Shown one piece after another: positions 13,012 through 24,788 of a DNA stretch of 64,000 nucleotides. The stretch's first letter is position 1. Each line of letters opens with the position of its first letter. The stretch comes from Tubulanus polymorphus. Lineage: Eukaryota > Animalia > Nemertea. The notes under the pieces were generated by a model, which saw only the letters and a list, made by a program, of their open reading frames with translations, was not told where the DNA came from and did not search any database. The stretch covers positions 11,348,088 through 11,412,087 of the forward strand of contig NC_134031.1 in assembly GCF_964204645.1 (NCBI RefSeq). The letters run 5' to 3'. A program made the position numbers and the translations under genes.

Positions 13012-16000
13012 CTTTAGGCCTACCGGTACTGAGCTTCTCAAACAAACACAGTATAATTGTTGCGTTTATGAACGCACTCATTGGATTGAACTTCAAAACA
13101 AAATTTACGATACTTAGGAGGGTTGTTATTCAATAGGCCTATGACTAATCTGTCCAGATGTTAGGCCTACGCATATACATAGGCCTACATAGGCTAGTAC
13201 CATCTACTAGGTTAAAGCTAAGTTCACTGTAAAGGAGGAATCAGATTTATTTATTTCGTTCGAACAAATAATATTCTGTTCGATTGAACCAATTTGAAAA
13301 AATCGTTAGAACAAAGTTGAACAAACTTTTTTTGTCGAAACGAAAGGTTTTTCGTTCGAAAAATCGTTCGATCGAACAGAATCGTTTTAATTTGAACAGA
13401 ATTTTCTTGTCAGAACATTAAGTTTTTCGTTCGAACAAGTATATTGTAAAAAGTCTTTTCTCCAGTTTTTCATTTCAACAATAACATAGCTTTTTATTCG
13501 AACACATTTTTTTGTCAGAATGAAGAAAAGTTTCGATTCGAAAAAAGGGTATTGTTCGATCAAACAGAATTGTTTTCATTGGAACAAGATTTTCCTGTCG
13601 GAACATTAAGTTTTTTGGTCGAACAGCGTGTTAAGGTCTTTTTGGAAATTTACTCGGTCTGGTATATTTTGGATTACTGTGTATGTCATTAGTCAGGACA
13701 TTAAACAGAAGACGACTTAGGATACTACCTTGCGTGACTCCACTAGTTAGACCAACTTATTCCAAGATGAGGCGTTCCGTTGATTTCGGCTACAAGTTTT
13801 CATTCAGAGATAACTGCTACTGTTTCCTAATAGCCTGTTAAGTAATGGCTGATGTTGTACCTTATCAAATGCTTTGTCGAAATCCACCATTGAACAGGAT
13901 TCTAAGACTGTGCAGAAAACCCGTTATCGCTGCTTTGCTGTTATCGCTGTCGAGCCGTAAACATCGGAAATTTGGCCCCTTTCAATTAGTAGCCATGTTT
14001 TCTTCCGACATTTCTCTCTTCTTTTTGAGGAAGAACTATCGAATTATTCCCGTTCTTCTCCACAATCAATTTCAAAGTCAATAATGAATTAATTGCTCAG
14101 CGGTTCCGAGTCAAAGAGTTTACGAGCCCGGCGTTCGCGAGTCCGACAGGTTTACGGGCATTTGTTTGTTACCTCTTTTATATTATTGATTTCCTTTTTA
14201 TTCCGGTTATTTCATTTAAGTATATTGCTGATCAGTTCATGAAACCAAAAGCGACAATAAATAAATTTTTAATTGATCAAGTTTAAATCAAGGTCATTGA
14301 GTCGCAGGTGGCTACCAGAATTACATTCATCCTAGAGAGAAAACAAACGACAGAAAAGTATCAGGTGATTATCAATAGCCTACTACGGTACACACAGTTG
14401 ACAAACAGTGTTAGGCCTGTGCCAGTTGGTGCGTACTGGGACTAAAATATACTGGTTGGTCAGTTGGTTCGGTTGTGAACTGTGGAAGCTACGAAAGCCT
14501 ACCGGTATTTATTTGTCTATAGGCCTATTATATAGTAGCCAATACCATTTTAAGTACGTAGTTGTTACCCGTAGGTGACTGTACGGTGATCTCCACAGGT
14601 TAACCGTACTTGAGTTCCCTACTAACGCCGTACGTGAGTTCCTAGTAGCGAATACCATTTTAAGTACGAAGTTTTCAACATCAGTCGGAAACCCAGACCG
14701 AATCAATTCATAATTTATTGATTGAATCTACACCACAATATATGTAGTTATTCAAATATTTCAATAAAAGGATTAACTTCTTAAATCTATTCCAAATCAT
14801 AATACGTTCTTATCTGTAAATTCACTCAATCTATTTACTCAGCAGGTCTTTAAGATGAGTTCTGAATAGGACAGATCCATTTTTAAGCATGGTGATAATA
14901 CAGTATCATGATGTTTGAATGCCAAAATAAATGCCTGGTCAAATAAATTCATATTTGTTGATTGTACGTCAGTACGTTTACACAGTGGTTGCATATTAGG
15001 TTCAAATCTGTCAATGCATTTTATTCTATGTATCGGTATTTTAATTTACTACAATTCCCATCATTCTGTATGGCTTTGCAGAAAACCCATCATCGCTGCT
15101 TAGCAGCTATATTTCTATCAGCGTTATCATTTTAGCTGTTTCAACTTTTCGACTAGCAGTTTGCGCGATCTTAAAATGACGGATATTTGGGAAACCCGGA
15201 AATAGTTTGGCATTTAATTGGGAGCACATGAGCTTTTGAGAAAAAACTTTATTAGAATGTTAGGCCACACAAAGATATACCCTAGTTTCTCAAGAAAGTC
15301 AAATGCCGCCCGCGTCATGAAAAAAGTCCCTAATAAAAATTAAAAAGACAAATGCGCTCGCCCACATCAGCCAAGCATCTAATCGTATGTTTTTTTATAA
15401 AAATTAAAACCCTCTCACCCTCATAGTTGTATAGTGTAAGGCTTTTTTTCTGCGGGCGTTTATATGCTCATTTGCGACGTACTGGTAATCCACATTTACG
15501 GTGACAAAAACAATGCCAAGTTCCTTTCCTTTTACTTCATTTTGAGGAAGCGTAAAAAAAGCTAATATTGTATCAATTTCGATTAAATGAGTTGATATAG
15601 TTTGAGTTTATAGGTTTTTGGGAGCTACTTAATTCTAAATAGATTTTTTAGCATATGTTTTACTTGCATTACTGGTATTTGTTTGGCATTAGTAAAAGAA
15701 AAAACTTCCCTCCCGCGTCTGTTCTATAAGTCTCAGGTTGAGCTTTTTATTTCAATTTTTTTATTTAAAAAGCAATAAAAAATATAGCTGCATAGCAGCG
15801 ATAACGGGTTTCTGCCTAACTTTCATATGTCGCACTGGCGAATGACGAACTACTTACTAGCAACCTGGCGGATTGTCACTAGCTATGAGTGGAATCCTCA
15901 ATTGCCACAGCAGCACTGCAGGAACCCCATTGTACTGTGGCAGTCGCCATGCCATCAAGCTCAAATCCTTGCCAGGGACAATGTAGTAAATGACATCAGA

Positions 16001-17228
16001 ACTTGGCCAAGATGGGGATAAGCACCAAATTTGGAAACAATAATTATACACAACACATATCATCATACCATCCACCTTTTATTTATATTTCATCCCACAA
16101 CATTGATTACAAACATTTCTGAATACTATCTCACTGCACAATACAAAATACATACATCGCCACAAATGATTGCTACATGATCAATTACCATTTCCTATAT
16201 ATTCAATACAATCCTTCATACAGTTCCATACATAATCATTCATAAGACTGTACATATGTGTTTAGTAATATTAATGGTGGTAATATATGTACAGTGTTAT
16301 CACATCAAAACCTATGACAACAACGCATCAATATCCCCCAGCATGAAATAATACTCATTTTGTACACTGTACATAGCTGTTACATTCCAACACATCCATT
16401 CCACACAGTGACTGCTTCATCCCCATGACAGCTAGATATATACATCCACCACCATATCTTACTGTTACATTGCTACATATCAATCACAATGTCAAATATC
16501 ATTCATGCCCCATTACAACTATCTACATACTTTCCCCAGCTTATACCACTGTTACTTAACAACATATCAATTCCAAATACACACTGTTTCATTCCCTATA
16601 AACTAGGTACATCAATTTACCCATTTACTATTGTCACACAATCTTCAAAAACACTAAAATATAAACCCTGTCACTCATAAATGAATTCACATAAAGGTCA
16701 CATAAAATTAAAATCATAACTACACATGCCTGTATATACAAAACCCCACTATTGTAACACACCTGACCCTCCTATATACATCCACATAGATGTTTCCACA
16801 TATCGAAATCAAAACATACACTACATACACACCACTACACAACACCCTGCTTCATTAATACGCGTCACCCTCTGACATATATTCGCAGAGGAGACTCTAC
16901 AGAACGAAATATTATAACCTCCCATACACATTTACACAACCCAGTACCATAACCTCCTACACATGTGTCATGATAAGCAAACAACATCGAAATTCAAATG
17001 TGTACAAGTGGACAGAATTAAACAACATAAACCTATTACCAACTTGTGACATTATCATATTATAACATTACAAAACCCATCCAAATAGGAGACTCTGATA
17101 ATCGAAACATTTACTACATTTGCACCAGCACACAACTCCCCTATAAACAAATCTGCCTGAATAACCATAAAAGCGATAACATTAAAAACCTCATTTTCTA
17201 ATGAGTAAATACAGTTTATAAACTGTAT

Positions 17229-19764
17229 TTACTCATTAGTTTTTTCAGTATTTTGTCGCTTGCCACACCAAGAGCAAATACATTCCTCAGATTGTTTCAC
17301 ACATGACACAACTTCATAGTGTACACCTCTGCAATTTTTCAAATAAATGTTGCCATTTAATTCACACACGATTTGGTGCACTGAAAGTAGAACCAGCGAA
17401 TCGTAACCAACCATTGCCTACAAATGTATATATATCAGCATGCAGTAAATCAGCTGTTGCAAGAATTTCAACCTCTGTCACCCAAGTACCTGTATATTTC
17501 ATACGGGATTCATCAATATACTCATTTATAGTAAGTTGTGGATTTCTCAGATGTGGTTGGAATTTGTCGGAATTCTGCCGCATGTGCTTTAAAACTTCGG
17601 TGCGTATAGCCCGATGATATTGCTCAGTTCCACAGATTGAATATGAAATTGCCCGAAAAAAACAGCTTCCATCGCCTTTAATTTTCTGCGTATTACATGG
17701 AGAGTAGAGTTGTCCATCATATTTGGGCATACATTCATATCCGAGAGTTGAGGGTCGACAATGAATACCTAGAATAGAGCATAATGTTTTGCACTGACCT
17801 TTTTCTAGTGGGTTGTAAATTAAATCATCATGCTGCACGGATTCACTAGTAACAATTACATCGCATTCATCTACTTTTGGGTTTGTATAGGGCAGTTCAT
17901 CTTCACTACTTGTTTGTTGGTAGTTTGGAGAGTATGTAGTCGTTGTTTCGATAATGCTATTCTCTACAGTAGTTTCAATTTCATGGTTGATAGAAGCCAC
18001 TGTAATTTCATACTGTATTGGTTGCCTCTGATTCATTGAAGCTGCAAGATTCTGACAATGTTTGACAATACAATTAACACAAGAGTACCTTACTAATACA
18101 GCATGTCCATCAGCGGTCATCATTCCTGATGCATCTCTCGAATGTGAATCAAATACCCAGTACATGTCATCCTGTTTTAAAACACAAAATGTATTTCCAG
18201 CAAATGTTATAAAGCATGTGTCGTAATTAAGCAGATTATTGTGCAAACATTCATGTAGTTCACTGATAATTCCAAAATTTCCAGCTCTCATTTCATCAGA
18301 TAATTCAGATATAGCAACTTGAGGGGATCCAACAGTCACATTATAAATGGAATTTCCAATCTCAACAGCAGTTGGTAGCTCACTGATCAATAAATACATA
18401 TTTGTTATTGTATTCATATTAGTCAATGTTGCGTATAAATCATTTCCAATATTCAATACTGAATCAATATCATGAGGCATCCAGTTTATTACAGCTTTAT
18501 TTGATGCATGAATCATTGCAGCTAATGCATTTGTTACACATTGCTTACCTGAATGAATATCGTATTTTGGATGACCCTGGTGGAAATTTCCATGAATTGA
18601 TGAACATCTCATATTCTCAGCACTTAAACATGACTCACTGTTACCAAAATTGCCATCACAATCTCTACACGAAATCATACTCGAAATTGGTTGAATAGAT
18701 GAGTCAGCTTTCATTTTCGATGAGGTTTCATGTATATTGTGACCAGCGTTATCATGTTGAATCTTATCACAGTTGTCAAGTGTAATCTTTTCACAGATTC
18801 CATATATAGCCTTATCATAGTTGCCTTGTTTAGTCTTATCATAGTTGTCATGCATAATCGTATCAAAGTTGTCATGATTGAAGTCACAAAAAACTGATTT
18901 CACTTCAATTGTCTCAACTTTGTTTTTTGTCATATCTTCATTCGAATTAGTTCCACAATTTTGATTCATAGTCTGATCATAGATCTCATTAATATTCATT
19001 TCATGTTTTTCAGTCATTTTCATTTCATCTTTTTCATTTGTTTTCAAATCATAGTTTCCATTCATATGCATTTCATATTTTTTCATTCATTTTCATTCCA
19101 TGTTTTTCAGTCATTTTCATTTCATCTTTTTCATTTGCATTCAATTCATAGTTCTCATTAGTTTTTGGTTCAAAGTTTTCATTGATTTTCACTTCATACT
19201 TCTTGTTTTGATTGTTATCAGAGTTTTCTTTTTGCGTTTCGTTAAAGTTTTCATTTTGAGCGTATTTTAGGTTTTCATTTAAGATTTCATTTTCAACTCT
19301 TCTGTAGTCTTCATCTTGAGATTTTTCATAATTTTTTTCCATTGATCCTTTTTTCATCTCTCTGTTTTGTCCAGTTAGGGCTGAGGGAACTCCAACCACC
19401 TCCACCTTCTGAAAATAGAAAAAAAATTCATTCACTATACGTTCGTAGAATTTTCTAATGAGTTCAATTCAATTCAATAGCTTATAATTATCTCAACAAG
19501 AACCAGGGATGATACGACACTGGTCAGTTACACACCCTCTAAGCAACTGGTTTATGATTTACTGATATGGTTTTTTCTGATAAAATACCAAAATCAGGCA
19601 CCAAAATATTGCGCAGCTAACACATGTGATGAACAGTTTAATGAATTTTTTACTCGGAAAAAAGGCCTACATACTTCTTACTAGAAGATTAACATTTGCC
19701 TATGAAATGAGGGTCTTACCTTCTTCGGCTGAAAGCTACCAGCTCTTCTTTTCCTTTTAGGCAT
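17229..19764 (-). pseudogene. Spliced Helentron gene: NLS, repeat region, herpes tegument-like (peptidase C76) domain and OTU domain; two frameshifts
   Basis: Exon 1 19764-19720 (MPKRKRRAGSFQPKK|gtaag), phase-0 acceptor at 19409/19408. Motifs GNFHQG..SGKQC and FDSHSRD; OTU GDGSCFFRAIS, GTW.TEVEI, then HYEVV in the next frame. Frameshifts at ~19080 and ~17370. Confidence 0.8.
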
Positions 19765-20361
19765 GATGAGTAATGTACTGATCAATATCCTATTTCAAGT
19801 ATCAACAAGTATCAAGTATGTGACCTATCACAAAAGAAACATTATCACAGCATTATTAATCAGCCTGTAGGAACTTTCTCTAAAATTTCGAAACAATAGG
19901 TGACACCTGCTACAAATAGGTATGGTGTGTTGAACAAGCAGCCTGTCAGCTGTGATAGCTCCGCTGGGTTTGGTTGATGGCAAGATTGGAAGAAAATTGA
20001 ATAAAATGTGTTGAAAACAATGCATCAAAAATGTCTCCAAAACTAAACAAATTAACTGGATTTTGTTTGCAAACTTTTGGAATAAACCCTATAACCCACA
20101 TAGGCTAGACGTAGTATCCTGAACAAATGTGCAACGACGAGTATTAAAACAGGCAGTGAACACTATTATGGTTCGCCCGATTACCGATTGGTGGCTCATT
20201 TTAAGATGGGTTGAAACAAAAATAAAAGGGTGGTCTTCCCTCTGAAACCTGTTGTTGCGGGGAATACCTGCATGATGAGTCTTGTTTAAAAAAATAAATA
20301 AATAGGAAATTGAATAATTGGTCGTCAGGTTCCGTTTTAGAAAAGGAATGATGCCAATACA

Positions 20362-21186
20362 AATATCAACAAATTCAAGTTCTGGAATTACTCGTATGAT
20401 GGCACTAGTCAGAACCGGAAATTGGAACCTAAATCCACCTTGTTTTGTTGATTTGCAATAAAGATCTCTCGCTTCAAGTTTTTAATGAGCATTTTTTTTC
20501 ACTAAATTTGTGATTTTTGGAAAATTTTTGACAGTTGAAGTAACGTTTTGTCCAATCTAACAGATTTCCAGGATATCATACTTAAAGGATTAAACGTGAT
20601 GATGTATGTACGTAAAATACACTTACTAAAAAGGAAGTGCATATTTAACCTGGATCCGGTCACCGACTTCTGAACGCTATTTTGCCAAATCCATTTATTA
20701 TGTAACAATTAAATCATTTTATTGGGTTTAGGGTAAGGGTTTGGATAGGGTTAGTGTCAAGAGGGTGAGAAGAGGGTCCACAGGGTTCGATTTCACAAGT
20801 AGGGATAGGGTTAGGGTTAGGTGAGGCTAAATGTAGCTAAAACATTCGGATGGTTTTCAATGAGCTCTGTGATCTAATAGGAAGACGCTAGGCTAGTAAT
20901 TCACTGGTCCGGGTAAACTCTGTTCTCCACACTTCCTTCCAATTATCTAAGCCGCGCACCTCTTTGCGCATGTGCGTAGTAAATCAGCCAATTTAGAGAC
21001 AATATTTGGCGAAATAGCGTTCAGAAGTCAGTGACCAGATCCAGTAAAATAACTACTGCCTACTAAAAAATTGAGAGGCCAGATTTTTATTGCAAATAAA
21101 CTAGAACATGGCAGATTTAGGTACCAATATCCAGTTCTAACTAGCGCCATCAGTCGAGAAATTCAAGAACCTGACATTGTCGATTT
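20362..21186. mobile_element. Old TIR element (~80-bp diverged inverted repeats) hosting a MULE MITE
   Basis: 20362-20445 is an imperfect reverse complement of 21103-21186. No TSD resolved. Confidence 0.5.
20633..21060. mobile_element. MULE-type MITE with internal TTAGGG-like motifs
   Basis: ~55-bp imperfect TIRs starting GG; 9-bp TSD TACTAAAAA (20624-20632 and 21061-21069). Confidence 0.75.
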
Positions 21187-23174
21187 CCCCAATAATTAGG
21201 CAGGCACAATTAGGCCTATGGGCCTAGGTAGATTGAATATACAAACAGTAGACTTAAGCTTGAATCAGATCCAGAAAGCAGGATACATTTTTACACTCCC
21301 AAATGGTCTGACATGAGTGGGCGGAGTGTACTGTAATTTATGTATAATAGGCCTTCAATTTGAAATTAGCTGACATACGATATCAATTAAGATATTTCTG
21401 TGTTCATTAAAATTGGCAGTCCCTTCTTATAGTATTTATTCACATTCACGAAAACCTGATGACTTGTTCGCATTCAGCAGAATCGGGTGGCTTAATCATA
21501 AGTCACAGGGTCAGGGAGATGGAGTGCTCCCTGCTCTCGCACACAGACACACACACACTAGTGCAGTTCAAATCCCATTATTCAATATTTAAGCTGCTGT
21601 CTATATAGGCCTAAATATTTTCTACCCATACCACAAACACTATTATTAAATCATACGCATTGGGTCAACCTTAACACCTAGCCCAAATTTGGCCTTTTAA
21701 AAGCTACTTCTATGTGTAAGTCATGCGGGATTCGATATCGATCTCACACCAACCTAGTCAGTAACCTGTCTGAGGTTTAGTTTCACAATCGGATATTTTC
21801 ACAAACCACAGTCAGGAATGGGAAGGTCATTTTTGTATGAAATCTTCGTCAGCCAATTTGACTGACGAGTAATTTTCCTGGCATTTCATTGTCTCTTAAG
21901 ATATCCGTCTAATTTTTGTTGTAATCGACGCACAACAGATTCGTAGTTTGTCTGATACATATAACACCTCACCTGACGATCTTAATCCATGTGCAAATCG
22001 GCCGTAAACTGAGAGTAAATTTCCGTCGGGTCAACAGCTGCCATTTTGAAAATTACTGGAGGTGCTGGCACCTGTGGACTGAGGCCAGGACAACAGCACA
22101 AACTAACGAAGCGAAACGACGAAATTGAAAAAAATTAAGAAATCAACACTTATTCACATTTTTCTTTTACCAGAATTTATTATTTCATTATTTATTATGG
22201 AAAATACGAAGATTTGAAATATAAGTTGGAAAACCATCAAAAATAAAAATTGTCGTTTCGTCTTGGAAGTTTTATATAAATCCTTGTAGGTCCCCTTGTC
22301 TTATCATGCCACATGTGCAATACAGAGAAATGGCGAAATTGGTGGAGAAATTAATTAATTTCTCAAAATAATGTTGATTAACCACTCGAAACATACATAA
22401 AATTGGATTATTTCGAAAGGTACCTGTGTTAGTTTGTGAATTAAGCCATTAATTGTGGACTGAAGTGAATAGAAAGTATATTTTTGAAGTGTTACTTTTT
22501 TCAACCGTGTTTTGGTCCTTGTCATCCCTAACGTTGGTATAAGCCCATCCGATTATAAAAAGCTTACCACCAACGATTAGGTAACTAACTAACACCAACC
22601 AGACCCGACTGCTACCACAATGCGCGGATCAAGACGAATTCCGGTCGGCTTTTAATACCAGTCGTCAGATTACGTGGAAAAATACATCATATTAGGCCTA
22701 ACCGTTATATATACATACCTCTCTGAAGATTGGTCACAGAAACACACAACAAAGTCGTAAAAATGCAAGTAACGTAGAGTGGCGTCGCACGTTGTAAATA
22801 AAGAAAATGGCGTCCGAGCTAAATTGACGCATGCGCACGAAATCTGAAAACATTGAATGGATGTCGTAGGTCGAACCCCGATTTATAAATCCGAATCCGT
22901 GATTTATTTTGAAGCTCAAGGTCGTCGGGTAATTTGCAGGCTTTTCACGATGTACATTTATCAATGGATGATGATTCTTGCGACATTCTTTTTTCCTGTT
23001 TAGACCAAATAATTACGCGGGATTAATTCATAATCAATTATAATACGCAAATTGGAAATGGTCAGGCGCTGAGTTATATTTCTTTCATAATTGAAAATTA
23101 GGTTTATAAGCTGCTAGTAGTCGAATCTGAGAGGAGTTACATTTTATGAAAAATTTTTGGCTGGAAAGGGGAAA

Positions 23175-23177
<3 letters not shown>

Positions 23178-23219
<42 letters not shown>
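23178..23219. repeat. (AAT)n microsatellite of the Helentron 5' region
   Basis: About 14 perfect AAT units next to the 5' hairpin. Confidence 0.95.
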
Positions 23220-23959
23220 CAACAGAATTACAAGAGGGTTTCTGCGAAAGCAGCAGAAACCCTAATAAAATTCGCCCGCCCTCGTCACTTTTCAGAAAAA
23301 AATTGATGAGAAACTGGGGTATTTCTTTGTGTGGCCTTATGCCCCAAAACATTTAATTGAAAATCCTAACCTATCAGTCAATTCCTGAATAATTAAATCA
23401 CATGAAATATTAAGGTATTTTATCACAGTGCTTGATCTCTGGCCAAGGTACTTTTTATCCAAAACCAGAATCAAGTAATTTTCGAAGTTTTGAAAACGCT
23501 TCAATGGATTTACTTTATATTTGGTATAGACACATTTTCAGCCCAAAAACTTGCCGACTGCATCAATATTTGTTTACCAAAATCAGCATGGCAATTAGAA
23601 AAATTTTGGAGATGCTTCAATCAACTATCTTAATCGTTCACTTATGTTTTGCCCCTCATAACCCATCATAAACAAATTAGATCAATTGGACTTCTGATGG
23701 TCCACCTGTGACATCTTATGTGTCAAAAAAAATCATTTTGCCCTGAAATCCGTGACGTGTTGCTTCCGAATTGTTACCAATATTTCATTGAAATTTATGA
23801 TGTTTTTTCTTTGAGAAGGGATCTTAAACAGACTGATTTTTCATTCAAAATCAATTAATTGTTCGGCAATTGACGACCATCTTGATCTTATCAGTCCTCA
23901 TTTATTGATGGAAACCCCAAAAACCAACCAAGTATCGACCTTAAGGTGTTGATATATGA

Positions 23960-24788
23960 TTTTTATGCCCTGGCACCTAAACACTTTGAGACAGATTTGC
24001 CTCAAATTCAACAGTTGTGTTGTACTGTATGAGGTTAGTAACTGAATGGATTTTGGGTCCTGTAGGTTCAAGGTCAAGGTTAACAGGAAGCCATTTTGTA
24101 AATTTCATTTATGGCTTCTAACTAATAAACGATTTGAGATAACTGAATGAAATTCTATGTTAGGGTTAACCTAGAGACTGGGTAACTGATTAGATTTTGG
24201 GTCCTGTTGATCAAAGTACAAGGTAAATAGAAGCTGTTATGTATTTTTCATTTCCGGGTTCTATCTCAAAGGCGGTTCAAGATAATTTGGTGAAATGTTT
24301 TGGATGGGTTACCCTTGAGGCCGTCAGTCACTGATTTCATTTTGGGTCCTGTAGGTCAAAGGTCAAGGTCAACAGGAGCTGTTTTGCATTTTTAATTTCC
24401 AGGACCCAGTTCCACTGTTCTGAGTTAAGATTTAACTCAGAGTTAACTAATTGAAAATGAACTAATTGAAAATGAACTGACTTTAACTCAGAGTTAACTC
24501 TAACTCACAACTGTGGAACCGGGTCCTGACTCTTAATTCATAAATGGTTTAAGAAAACTTAGTGAAATTTTATGGATGGGTTACCCTAGTGACTGTGAGT
24601 GACTGATTGGTGGATTTCGGGTCATGTAGGTCATAGTCAGTCATAGTCCAAGGTCACCAGAAGCTGTTTTATATTTCTCTTTTCATGCTTTCAATCATAA
24701 ACAGGTGGACATATGCTTGGGGTGTATTTTACTCTCAAGCATTTCACCTGATGTGGGGGCATCAGTCATCTTCAGCGACATTCTAGTT
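23960..24788 (+). mobile_element. HINE family 4 with ~145-bp internal repeats, nested in a diverged family 1-like body (~23460-25050)
   Basis: TTTTTATGCCC start; GGGCAT...CTAGTT end; repeats ttttgggtcctgtaggtcaaaggtcaaggtca at ~24050, 24195, 24340, 24615. Confidence 0.6.
24401..24527. mobile_element. Short palindromic MITE (second diverged copy ~30942-31050)
   Basis: AGGACCCAGTTCCAC...GTGGAACCGGGTCCT interrupts one ~145-bp repeat unit. CWG-like target suggests Harbinger type. Confidence 0.65.

Larger units (their letters stand above)
2287..15113 (+). repeat. Head-to-tail stack of Helentron family D units (2287-7035, 7036-8644, 8645-10430, 10431-15113)
   Basis: Each unit ends GCAGAAA(A)CCC-rttatc-GCTGC(ttt)GCAGC-TATATT and the next starts in a (TTA)n tract. 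Bodies share long homologous blocks with ~435-bp internal subrepeats (2779/3214, 7717/8160, 9476/9910). Confidence 0.8.
15781..23266 (-). mobile_element. Helentron family D element, 7.5 kb, no recognisable Rep/Helicase, carrying a protease gene
   Basis: 5' head with 11-bp stem AGGGTTTCTGC/GCAGAAACCCT (23235-23263) followed by (TTA)n. 3' subterminal IR at 15806-15815, GCTGC hairpin at 15787-15799, TATATT end. Inserted in an A/T run of the MITE without TSD. Confidence 0.85.
15263..23336. mobile_element. PIF/Harbinger-type MITE split by the 7.5-kb Helentron
   Basis: TIR GGCCACACAAAGAwATACCCyAGTTTCTC at both ends with TTA TSD (15260-15262 and 23337-23339). Confidence 0.8.

Noticed and set aside
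17362-19086. Endogenous herpesvirus fragment
   Set aside because: No other viral genes; the gene is spliced and bounded by Helentron termini.
20720-20825. True telomere or chromosome fusion site
   Set aside because: Few degenerate units, internal to a MITE with a TSD.
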